57,381 nucleotides of DNA from a virus (Duplodnaviria > Caudoviricetes). Both the position numbers and the translations under genes were made by a program. The notes below the pieces were generated by a model. The model saw only the letters and a program-made list of their open reading frames with translations. It searched no databases and was not told where the DNA came from. The stretch covers positions 1 to 57,381 of IMG/VR virus record IMGVR_UViG_3300032435_000013; one strand, given 5' to 3'. Positions 31,099 through 39,569 of this stretch are shown piece by piece. Numbering within the stretch: position 1 is the first letter of the stretch; the number at the start of each line of letters is the position of its first letter.

Positions 31099-31123
31099 GG
31101 CACGATTAAGGCAACATTGTGGC
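31099..31123 (-). promoter_or_regulatory. Triple GCC direct repeat with 11-bp period upstream of early block I
   Basis: GGC on + at 31099, 31110 and 31121. Confidence 0.6.
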
Positions 31124-31137
31124 TTTTGTGTGATTTG

Positions 31138-31938
31138 GAATAAGTCATTGATTTTAAAGGATAAAAACTTATCCACACAACTTGGGGTTGTAAGTAACTT
31201 ATTTTGTTCTCGTGAGTCGTGCCTCTGAGAAAACATAACTCACGAGAGTAGAAAGGGCAGTCATTTATGCAAATGAATGTAGAATAATAATAAGGTATTA
31301 GGGTGCATATGTCAAATGTTATTTTAGGCTATACAACTGTTGCGTGAATTTATGGCATATTGTGTGAACGGGATAAGAACGATACAAGAACATTGGTTTT
31401 TGGGGTGTGGGTAAAGTTTCGGGTATCACGGATCACGGATCACGGGTTTTCCTAGTTTTCCTAGTTTGCTGGGAAAATTCCCAGAAGTTTCCTAGTTTTT
31501 TTAAAAAAGTAGGACAAATAAGTTATTGATTTTAAAGCGTTTTCCTAGTTTTTCCTGAAACTACCCCCTATAAGGCACTTCCTTAGAAACTTTTTTTAAA
31601 AAAGATGAAATCCTAGATTTAAGACACATTGTCGCAGTTTCATGAATAAGTCATTGATTTTAAAGGATAAAAGAGCATTTTCAAAGTAGGAAAATACTAG
31701 GAAAATTCCTAGTATTTCAGGAAAGTGTTGATTAGCAAGGGTCATTTAGGTGTGACACTTTGTCAACTCTGGGAAAACATAGGTAAATCAACAGTTATTT
31801 ATTGTAACAATTAGTAATATTTAGTGTAAGGGGCTTTAATCAACAGTTATTTAATCTCTTACTTCGGCAAATATACAAAAATAAAAAATATTTTTTTAAT
31901 TTCTATAGATTGCCTATAAAACTAGGAAACTAGGAAAA
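31138..31938. other. Putative replication origin / packaging control region
   Basis: Non-coding. Perfect DnaA box TTATCCACA at 31169-31177; IHF-consensus sites at 31141, 31519, 31647; 29-bp direct repeat 31138-31166/31644-31672; many TTTCCTAG/CTAGGAAA iterons; TCACGG(A) x3 at 31426-31446. Confidence 0.65.
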
Positions 31939-31965
31939 TGTTCTGATATACTGTATTAACCTGAT

Positions 31966-32478
31966 ATGACAAAAAAAAGAAATGTCGTTAAAACAACTGC
32001 TGACCTAACACCTAAACAACGAAAGTTTGTTGATGTACTTGTGGCCAACTGGGGTCAAATGTCCAAAGCAGACGCTTGTGTTGAGGCGGGGTTTACTGCA
32101 CCTGTTGGAAAAAAACCTTATGAAATGGGAAGTAGATTAACTAATCCTGAATTAAATCCACATGTTTGTAGATACTTAGAAAAAAGATTATCACAAGAAT
32201 TACAAAAATATGAAACAGATAAATTAAGAAATTATAAAGTTTTTGAAAAATTGCGAGATGGTGCTGAAAGTAAAAACCAATATAACGCCTCTATCAACGC
32301 CCAAAAAAACATTGTACAAATGTCGGGTCAATTGATTGCTAAATCGGAAATCATGCACTCTACTATTGACGGAATGAACCGAGAACAGTTAGAAAAACGA
32401 TTAACCGAGCTAGAGGACAAGCTAAGTGAAAACAAATCGATTATTGACATTACGCCAGAAAAAATTGTTACAGAGTAA
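31966..32478 (+). CDS. terS: Terminase small subunit
   Basis: LTPKQRKFV..., A...AG., G.RL.NP...PHV HTH pattern; C-terminal IIDITP. Confidence 0.8.
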   Translation: MTKKRNVVKTTADLTPKQRKFVDVLVANWGQMSKADACVEAGFTAPVGKKPYEMGSRLTNPELNPHVCRYLEKRLSQELQKYETDKLRNYKVFEKLRDGAESKNQYNASINAQKNIVQMSGQLIAKSEIMHSTIDGMNREQLEKRLTELEDKLSENKSIIDITPEKIVTE

Positions 32479-32564
32479 AAAACCTAAAGATTTTTTTATT
32501 TTGTTTAATGAAGTACATAATGCAAAGTTTTTAAATACAAGCGTGGGCACAGTAAGCATAAAAA

Positions 32565-32867
32565 TTGATGAAAAAAAGAAAAATAACAATAAATAAAAAA
32601 GCAAAAAAAGAAATTGAACGCTATCCATTAGTTGAAATAAAATGGCTTGATATCGTTTCCGATAGTTCATGGCTATCTTGTAAAGATTTATCAAAAATGT
32701 CATTGCCTGTTTGCGTTACTAAAGGTCATTTATATTCTACCTCTAAAGGTATTACTCGAGTTTTTGCTGATTATAATTTAGTTAATGCGGAATTAGGCAC
32801 AATTGAAGATGTTTCGCAAGTTACTGTTATACCTAATTCAGTCATTGTTGAGATCAAGAAGTTATAA
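32565..32867 (+). CDS. Conserved phage hypothetical protein
   Basis: V.I.W.D....W, C.T.G, VIP.SVI motifs. Confidence 0.7.
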   Translation: MMKKRKITINKKAKKEIERYPLVEIKWLDIVSDSSWLSCKDLSKMSLPVCVTKGHLYSTSKGITRVFADYNLVNAELGTIEDVSQVTVIPNSVIVEIKKL

Positions 32868-33111
32868 GTTTATTATCGTAGGGCAATATGCTTTCAATCT
32901 CATTTTGTTTCATTACTTTTTTAATCTTTTTTTGATTATAAAAATCAATTAAAAAATAAATTGTTTGGGCGTGGGATAACACCCCTCTAAAATCCTCATT
33001 GCTTATATCGTTTATTTTTTCAAACTCCGATACTTTCAACGATAGCGTTTTAAAGTGTGTAACTTTATCATATCCGCCTACATATAGTTGTCGTTTATTG
33101 TGTTTTTTCAT
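32854..33111 (-). CDS. Possible ribbon-helix-helix-like small regulator
   Basis: FKTLSLKVSEFEKI...LSHAQTI.FLID pattern. Confidence 0.45.
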   Translation of the reverse strand: MKKHNKRQLYVGGYDKVTHFKTLSLKVSEFEKINDISNEDFRGVLSHAQTIYFLIDFYNQKKIKKVMKQNEIESILPYDNKLITS

Positions 33112-33478
33112 TTTATTTTACCCTTTCACTAGTTATGATTGACTCCATTATTTCTTGTGCCATGTCCCATTTGCCTAATAAATAAAGATCATGGTGATCT
33201 TCACATTTTGCGACATCATCTATATTTATGTTATCTAAATGATCTTGGCATATATCCTCTATTATTCTTACTAGCTTTGTTTTCATTGTTTACCCTTCCA
33301 TTTATTGTTTAAATTTCCATTTTTATTGAAATAGTTTTCTCTTATATCTTCAATAAAAGATTGCATAGTTTCCAAATCTACCTCAATACCATTTTGCAAT
33401 TCGGACAATTGGCTGTGTACCCACTCTATTTTTTCATATTCGTTCATTTTAGTTTACCCTTTCATTTGTTGTTTAAAA

Positions 33479-33760
33479 TTATTCAATATCTTCCCTAAAA
33501 GTTGGAATTATTGGTAGGTCATTTAAATTAGTTCCTATTGCCCCGCTTTCATTACCCTCGTCATCGCTTCTTGGTGTTAGAATAGTTCCATTATCCAAAT
33601 AGATTTCACAAGGTTGCTGACTCCACCCATGAATTTTTTCTGTTTCTTCAGGACTTAACCATTCTACTTTAACTATTTTTCTTCCAACTAAATGTTTATT
33701 TACTAATTTCTGCCAGTCTGTAGTCATTTCTGCACTAATCATTGTTATCCTTTCTTTCAT
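33479..33760 (-). CDS. Hypothetical early protein
   Basis: LVGRKI..V, LDNG, DDEGN..GA motifs. Confidence 0.75.
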   Translation of the reverse strand: MKERITMISAEMTTDWQKLVNKHLVGRKIVKVEWLSPEETEKIHGWSQQPCEIYLDNGTILTPRSDDEGNESGAIGTNLNDLPIIPTFREDIE

Positions 33761-33915
33761 TTAGTTTAAATATTTGTTTAGTTTTTTACGTACTAAAGTC
33801 ACCCAATCAAAGAACTCTTTAATAAAGTCTGGTTCTTTTCCTCGTTTACTCTCTAGTTCATCTAATGCTTCTTGTGATACTTTGTTTAATATTTCTAATT
33901 GTTTTTCTTGTCTGT

Positions 33916-34260
33916 TCAATTGTTCTCCTTTGAAAGTTTTTTTGCTCTATACATAAATTCTTTTGGTTTTATGTTGCAAAGCCAATCTTGTATTGATGGG
34001 ATAAATCCACAGTCTTCAATAATATGCTGTTCACCAATTAGTTTAACAGGTACTTTTTTGCCATCACTATTAGTGATGTAATCTCCAAACTTTTCAACAC
34101 ATTCTTTAATACCTAAGGAATGATGCTTTAATGCTCTATGTCTAAAGTTTGGGAAATATGCTTTAGTATCGTCAAACCAATTATGTATTGGTAGGTAGTC
34201 TTCTAACAGACCACCCCAATTTTTAACTGAAGATTGTGCATGATGTACAGGTGTGGACAT
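33916..34260 (-). CDS. DUF6915-like His-rich protein
   Basis: HHA.SSVK.WGG, IH.WFD..K, RHRAL.HH..GI, EQH..ED motifs. Confidence 0.75.
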   Translation of the reverse strand: MSTPVHHAQSSVKNWGGLLEDYLPIHNWFDDTKAYFPNFRHRALKHHSLGIKECVEKFGDYITNSDGKKVPVKLIGEQHIIEDCGFIPSIQDWLCNIKPKEFMYRAKKLSKENN

Positions 34261-34811
34261 TATGCTACCGATCCTTCCTGTTCTATATCTTCAGATTCTT
34301 CATTTGTTTGACTACCAGTTACATGATACTTTTTAGTTATTACGTTTAGTTTTACTTCTCCATCTACATGGAATTCATCAGCAAAGGATCCGTATTCACT
34401 CAATGCTCCTGTTCCGTACAATATTGACATTGCACTATAATCACTATTTAGTTGCAATAAATCTATATTTTTCGAATATTCAGAAACATAATATTTTATT
34501 TCTTTATTTTCTTCGTTTTTATACACAAAATATTGTGTAACCCAAGATGCTGTAAGATTTTTAGGTTCTACTTTTTTAAGATTTTCATCATAAAAATCAG
34601 CGTCATCAAACCCCCCTTCGTCATGCCCACCTGAAAAATTACCCTCAATATATGTAATATTGTTTTCTTTAAACTTATCTTGTAAAGAATCCAATACATT
34701 ATTTAGATTTTTTTGGTTGTATTCTTTTTCGATATTTGATTCAATATCAAACCAGCTATACTTTTTATCTCGTTTAGTAGTTTTAATTAACTTAATTTCT
34801 TCTATACGCAT
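34260..34811 (-). CDS. DUF6878-like acidic protein
   Basis: F.GG.DEG motif; TAATG-coupled to the DUF6915-like gene. Confidence 0.55.
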   Translation of the reverse strand: MRIEEIKLIKTTKRDKKYSWFDIESNIEKEYNQKNLNNVLDSLQDKFKENNITYIEGNFSGGHDEGGFDDADFYDENLKKVEPKNLTASWVTQYFVYKNEENKEIKYYVSEYSKNIDLLQLNSDYSAMSILYGTGALSEYGSFADEFHVDGEVKLNVITKKYHVTGSQTNEESEDIEQEGSVA

Positions 34812-34832
34812 TATTTTCCCTTTCCTTTGTTG

Positions 34833-35534
34833 TTAAATGTTAATTACAAACCCGCTATTGTCTTTTTTTGCTTTACCTTTAGCAATCAATCCAACAATCG
34901 AATTTTTCGGGTCTAAAAAACGCAAATCGTTTAAATCCCCGTTTATTACTTTACGGCCTAAATAAGTTTTAGGCAGTTTATTAAAAACAACCGCAATATT
35001 TTGTTTCGTGGTCATTATTAGTTCTTGTATTTCGTTGTCGTTGCTTTCACTTTTTGAAAATGTCAATTGATAATTTTTCGGTAAAGCGTCCTTCAATCTA
35101 TTCTTAATTTTCGTATAATCATGAAAATCAATTGTAGGGTTATTGTCCATTAAACTCAAACCATTCTCTAATCTATACCGTTCAAACGGTAAATCGCTAG
35201 TCCCATTTAAACGAACATTTAATTTTAAATTTAAAGCCGTTGCCCGTTTATAGTAGTTTTTTATTTCTCTATCTAATTGTTTCAAAAATTTAACTCTATC
35301 TTGTAAAAAGTATTTTGTTTTATTTAAGCGGGACAGCTTCACGCTATCAAATACACCCCGCCCGCTTAAATTTAAACAGCTTGCAATGCACCCCTTGCTT
35401 GCCTTTGGACATATATTCACACCGCTTAATTTATAGGGTGCTAAATATAATATAACCGACAAATAACCAAACTTGACCGATTTTTGCATTTTGTAATTAT
35501 CAAATCTTAAAAGTTTTTGCACGGGTTTATACAT
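34833..35534 (-). CDS. Gp88-like protein (Cys-triad, radical-SAM-like enzyme)
   Basis: CPKASKGCIASC, RLNGTSD, DYTK, GD.NDLRFLD, GL.AKG motifs; start taken at MYKPV. Confidence 0.7.
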   Translation of the reverse strand: MYKPVQKLLRFDNYKMQKSVKFGYLSVILYLAPYKLSGVNICPKASKGCIASCLNLSGRGVFDSVKLSRLNKTKYFLQDRVKFLKQLDREIKNYYKRATALNLKLNVRLNGTSDLPFERYRLENGLSLMDNNPTIDFHDYTKIKNRLKDALPKNYQLTFSKSESNDNEIQELIMTTKQNIAVVFNKLPKTYLGRKVINGDLNDLRFLDPKNSIVGLIAKGKAKKDNSGFVINI

Positions 35535-36847
35535 TGTCCACCCCCTTAACAATATCAATAATAAATTTAAAATTTCTTAAATCATAATAAAACTTTGTCT
35601 GTGATTTCCAAAGTTTATCCCGCAAATCATTTTTACAAAATCTAATCGCTTCAATTTCATTAGACCCCCTTGATTGCATGGCAATCAGTCCCGCACCATT
35701 AAAAGCCACGCACTCGTATAGCTGTTTATTCATTGTTACAACCTCACCCTAATTCTTTTGGCTAGTTTTTTATCTTTCATATTGTTCAAAATATCTTTGA
35801 TTAGATATTTTCTAGCTATAGAAGTTATCGGATTAATAAAATTTAAGTCATTATGATTTTTTGAAATTTCTTTCATTTCTTCTATTTGAATGGAAGTTCC
35901 AAAATTAAAAGCAATTAACATACCATTGGAAGTATGGAAATTGGTATCTGTATTACCCTCTAAAGTTTTTAAAAAGGGTTCAAAATACTTTTTGTTATTT
36001 ATGTTTAATGTAGTCATTTTTTATTTTCCTTTATGTTTTATGTCGTCAGTATATCCGCCCTCAAAATAATTCCAAGAAAAACATTTTGGGCATAGAATTT
36101 GATTGCTTTTTAGGTCTGCGTCTTTGTAGTTGTCGTTTTCTGCCCACATAAACCCTTTATGTCCGCAACTATCACAATAAAGTTTTTTATCATTTCTTAT
36201 ATATTCAAATTCTTTTTTATTAATATTATATATATTTGGCGATAAAACCCCCCTAATAAAATTTGATGCTTGAATTGGTTTGCTAGTCATTTTTTATTTT
36301 CCTTTCCTTTATTGTTTATTAAGCAACCTCTTTTTGTTTAATTGTCAAAATATAATTTCCTAAATCAATTTGCTTTTTTTCATAATCAAGTTCAGCATTT
36401 TTAAATTTAGTAAAATCAATATTTTTATATTGTGTATTTTGCATTATTGCGTCCCACACAGATTCAATAATTTTTACATCTTTTTTCATTTGTTTTTTTC
36501 CTTTCGTTTGTTTATTATTTTAAATTAATAATTGCTTGGTTATATCCAATAATAAAACCTAACATTTCTTCTTTGCTGTTAAATCTTTTAATGTCTCTGC
36601 AGTATTGGCTATATCCATTATTAATTGAATATTTATTAAAACAAACGCCTTTGTTTTTTATTTCTTCGCTTGTAATATTATTATATCCATATTTTAAAAG
36701 ATTTTTTGTAAATTCAGCACATTGGTTCGCATGAAAATACTTATTATCACCTTTTAAAACTACATTAATATTTTGTTTATTTTTTTTAAACTCAATGTCA
36801 TTTTGTTTTTGGTATTGGTTTGTTTTTGCTTCTTGTTGTGTGTGCAT
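35527..36847 (-). other. Leftward early ORFs 35527-35733, 35736-36017, 36021-36290 (CxxC...CxxC zinc ribbon), 36515-36847
   Basis: ORF track plus RBSs. Confidence 0.7.
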
Positions 36848-36904
36848 ATTATTTTACCCCTTTGTTGTTAAATTAAATGAGATTAAGTTATAAAAAAACA
36901 TTAT

Positions 36905-36920
36905 GGCGAAAACAAGGCAA
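36905..36920 (-). promoter_or_regulatory. TTGCC-N6-TCGCC direct-repeat site upstream of the leftward early operon
   Basis: Reverse complement TTGCCTTGTTTTCGCC. Confidence 0.55.
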
Positions 36921-36978
36921 ATAAAGAAATAATATAAAAAAATTAAGTTGTTGATTTTTAATAAATCTTTTTTGTTCT

Positions 36979-37024
36979 GTGCCTTAATTCTGCCGTATTT
37001 ATATATTAATTAATAAGACATAAA
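36979..37024 (+). promoter_or_regulatory. Cassette promoter 1 (GTGCCT-17-TATATT); 36980-37024 is identical to 38472-38516
   Basis: Direct comparison; sigma70 spacing. Confidence 0.75.
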
Positions 37025-37044
37025 CTTAACAAAGGACAAAAAAA

Positions 37045-37995
37045 ATGAGTGCATTAAGTAAAATAACAAAGGACGCTCTGACAGTTTTAAAAAATAAGAT
37101 TGTTGAAGGGCTAAAAAATGACGGCCTAAAATGGTTCAAATCATTTAAGGGTATTGGTTCGCCCGCAAATGCTTTAACTCAAAAAAATTATAAAGGCATT
37201 AATTTTTGGGCTTTGGGTATTAATAAAAAAGAAAACAACTACGCCACTATTTACTACGCTACAAAAAAAGCGTGGCAGTCAGTAGGTGCTACAATTAAAG
37301 ACGGTCAAAGCCAAAATGGTACGGCGGTTTTTTATTACGGCGTTTTCAAAAAGTCTGTAAAAAATAATAAAAACGAAGACAAAGACAAGCAATTTTCATT
37401 TTTAAAAATTAGTTATGTTTATAACTATGAACAAATGAATTTTGAAAATTCAACTTATACGCTACCACCTAAAAAAGAAAATCAAGTCATTGATATAACA
37501 GAAATTGAAAGCTTTGTTAAAAATATCAAAGACCTTGATTTAAGACACTCAAACGAGGGTCGCTGTTATTATAGCCCTTTGTTAAATTATGTCCATATGA
37601 CAGAAAAAACGGGCTTTATAAATGTCGCTGATAAATCAGCGTCTTTTAATTATTACAGCGTTTTATTTCATGAACTTAGCCATTGGACTGGTCATAAATC
37701 GAGAACGGCTCGATTTGAAAAAAATGTTAAATATTTTAAGGATGATGTTCAGTTAGAGTATGCACTCGAGGAATTGGTTGCTGAAATATCTGCCAATATG
37801 CTTTGTATGCATTTTGGCCTTGATAAGACAATCAATCAAAATTCCATTGCTTATCTTAAAAGTTGGATATCACGCCTTGAAAATGACGATAAATTTTTAC
37901 TAAAGGCACTATCTCAAAGTGCTGGTGCTAGCACCTATTTATTAGAAAACAGCACCGCAACGCTTCAAAGCGTACCAGTTTTAAAGGTTGCTTAA
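37045..37995 (+). CDS. ardC: ArdC-family antirestriction protein (ssDNA-binding domain + zincin-like metallopeptidase)
   Basis: P.N..T...YKGIN, T.K.W...GA.I; YYSP..NYVHM, FHELSHWTGH..R, YALEELVAE, AYLKSW. Confidence 0.92.
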   Translation: MSALSKITKDALTVLKNKIVEGLKNDGLKWFKSFKGIGSPANALTQKNYKGINFWALGINKKENNYATIYYATKKAWQSVGATIKDGQSQNGTAVFYYGVFKKSVKNNKNEDKDKQFSFLKISYVYNYEQMNFENSTYTLPPKKENQVIDITEIESFVKNIKDLDLRHSNEGRCYYSPLLNYVHMTEKTGFINVADKSASFNYYSVLFHELSHWTGHKSRTARFEKNVKYFKDDVQLEYALEELVAEISANMLCMHFGLDKTINQNSIAYLKSWISRLENDDKFLLKALSQSAGASTYLLENSTATLQSVPVLKVA

Positions 37996-38005
37996 TAATC
38001 AAGCG

Positions 38006-38076
38006 TAATTAAAAGCGGGCTTAAAACGCCCGCTTTTTTTAGGTTATAACTTGCCTTAATTCTGCCGTATTTATAT
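38006..38076 (+). repeat. 71-bp terminator+promoter module, copy A (identical to 38426-38496)
   Basis: AAAAGCGGGC-TTAAAAC-GCCCGCTTTTTTT, then TTGCCT-17-TATGCT. Confidence 0.95.
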
Positions 38077-38121
38077 GCTTATGTATTAAATATGTTAAAC
38101 AACTTAAACAAAGGGCAAAAA

Positions 38122-38412
38122 ATGACTGAAGAAAAAATACTAAAAACAGAAATAGAAAAAACAGTAAAAAATATCTTTAAATATATTGGATATCTTAAAG
38201 ACAAAGATTGTACTGATATTAATCTTTTTAAATCTGTTTTAAATTCTAAATTATGGGACTTGGCCTCACATCAGGCCAAAAATTTTGACTTGGTTAATCA
38301 AGTTTTATTAGAAAAAAATCTTGTTATTAATGAGCAAGGCAAGGTTGAAGAATACGACCCAAAAAAACACGCTTTGTTGTACAATAATTATAAATCTTAT
38401 TCTTTAGCATAA
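38122..38412 (+). CDS. Hypothetical cassette gene 2 (start corrected to MTEEK)
   Basis: AAACAAAGGGCAAAAAATG leader matching the other cassettes. Confidence 0.8.
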   Translation: MTEEKILKTEIEKTVKNIFKYIGYLKDKDCTDINLFKSVLNSKLWDLASHQAKNFDLVNQVLLEKNLVINEQGKVEEYDPKKHALLYNNYKSYSLA

Positions 38413-38425
38413 ATCAATAAATATT

Positions 38426-38496
38426 TAATTAAAAGCGGGCTTAAAACGCCCGCTTTTTTTAGGTTATAACTTGCCTTAATTCTGCCGTATTTATAT
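38426..38496 (+). repeat. 71-bp terminator+promoter module, copy B
   Basis: Identical to 38006-38076; promoter TTGCCT-17-TATATT. Confidence 0.95.
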
Positions 38497-38537
38497 ATTA
38501 ATTAATAAGACATAAAATGAACAAAGGACAAAAAAAA

Positions 38538-38825
38538 ATGTTAACAAAAAAACACTTTAAGGAATTAACAAAAATTCACGCTAAGGCCTTAAAAGCAATA
38601 AAGGACAACGATCCAAAAACTGCATATAATATTTTTGAGTTTGGATTGCGGGATTTTTATCAATCCATTAATGTAAATTTTGATGATCTCAAATTTGAGA
38701 AGCGTACTCAAAAATTAGCCAATACTAAGCCCGCTAAACTTGTTGAAAGCAACGATTTAACGGGATTTGATGCAATTGACCATTTAGAGCGTAGAGAGCT
38801 TTTAGATGCTCAAATGAATAATTAA
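38538..38825 (+). CDS. Hypothetical cassette gene 3 (start corrected to MLTKKHF)
   Basis: AACAAAGGACAAAAAAAAATG leader as for ardC; TKKHF...N.NFD..KF motif. Confidence 0.8.
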   Translation: MLTKKHFKELTKIHAKALKAIKDNDPKTAYNIFEFGLRDFYQSINVNFDDLKFEKRTQKLANTKPAKLVESNDLTGFDAIDHLERRELLDAQMNN

Positions 38826-38840
38826 AAACTTAAAATAATT

Positions 38841-38875
38841 TAATTAAAAGCGGGCTTAAAACGCCCGCTTTTTTT
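38841..38875 (+). terminator. Third identical terminator copy closing the cassette array
   Basis: 35 bp identical to 38006-38040 and 38426-38460. Confidence 0.92.
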
Positions 38876-38921
38876 GTGTCCGTTGACTTGATAAATACAC
38901 GCTTAAATTGTATTGATAAGC

Positions 38922-39323
38922 ATGGCAAAAAACAAAGAATCTCTATTGTTTAAGAGAATTAAAACAGCATTAAAAACCGCCTACCTATTAAGAATTGAGA
39001 CATCAACGGTCAAAGGCGTAGCTGATGTTTTTTGTATTTATAAACGCTGTTCTTTTTGGGTTGAATTAAAAGCAAACGACAGCAAGAATTTACAGCTAGG
39101 CGGGTTTCAATTGAATTGGCACGACACCATCAATAAACACGGCGGTCACTCGTTTATCTTAGTAAAGACCATCGGGCAACGAGGTCTTAAAATCTACAGC
39201 GTTGAGGGTAGAGGCGTGAAGTTTTTACACCAATACACCGACACGGCGGGCGGGTTGGTTGAAGCGTTCCAATTCATGCAAGGCCACACCCTCGGGCTTC
39301 AAGGTCATAATATAAAAACCTAG
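38922..39323 (+). CDS. VRR-NUC-like nuclease / resolvase
   Basis: ES.L, RIE....GVADV, FWVELK, Q..WH motifs. Confidence 0.8.
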   Translation: MAKNKESLLFKRIKTALKTAYLLRIETSTVKGVADVFCIYKRCSFWVELKANDSKNLQLGGFQLNWHDTINKHGGHSFILVKTIGQRGLKIYSVEGRGVKFLHQYTDTAGGLVEAFQFMQGHTLGLQGHNIKT

Positions 39324-39328
39324 TGAAT

Positions 39329-39486
39329 TGATTATCACTAGCGATAATCATTACTTATCACTAGGGATAATCTCGCACAATCTAACATACCCACGAGGGT
39401 AGAGGCGTGACCCTTGAGGCCTGAGCCACGAGCCGAAGCTCTAAGGGTCATTTGAGGGTTGACCTTATGTTTGCCTTATTTCTGCC
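39329..39486. promoter_or_regulatory. Palindrome/repeat cluster upstream of terL
   Basis: Two TTATCACTAGNGATAA palindromes, a 16-bp direct repeat, a hairpin and an ACC/GCC/GCC 11-bp-period repeat. Confidence 0.55.
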
Positions 39487-39569
39487 ACAATTGACCCCTA
39501 TTTTTTTTTATTTTTTTTTACAGAGTGTACTTGAGCAGGATTCATAAACGCAGTAAGGTAGAATAAACT

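Noticed and set aside
31098-31113. Sigma54 promoter (TGGCACG...GC, GG-N10-GC)
   Set aside because: It points away from the adjacent operon at every site, lacks TTGC, and a third repeat at +11 fits a tandem operator better.
31045-31236. N-terminal extension of ORF 30727..31236
   Set aside because: It runs through regulatory repeats; the RBS supports a start at 31044.
38006-38875. CRISPR array or integron attC array
   Set aside because: The 'spacers' are whole genes, the repeats are terminator+promoter, and there is no cas operon or tyrosine recombinase.
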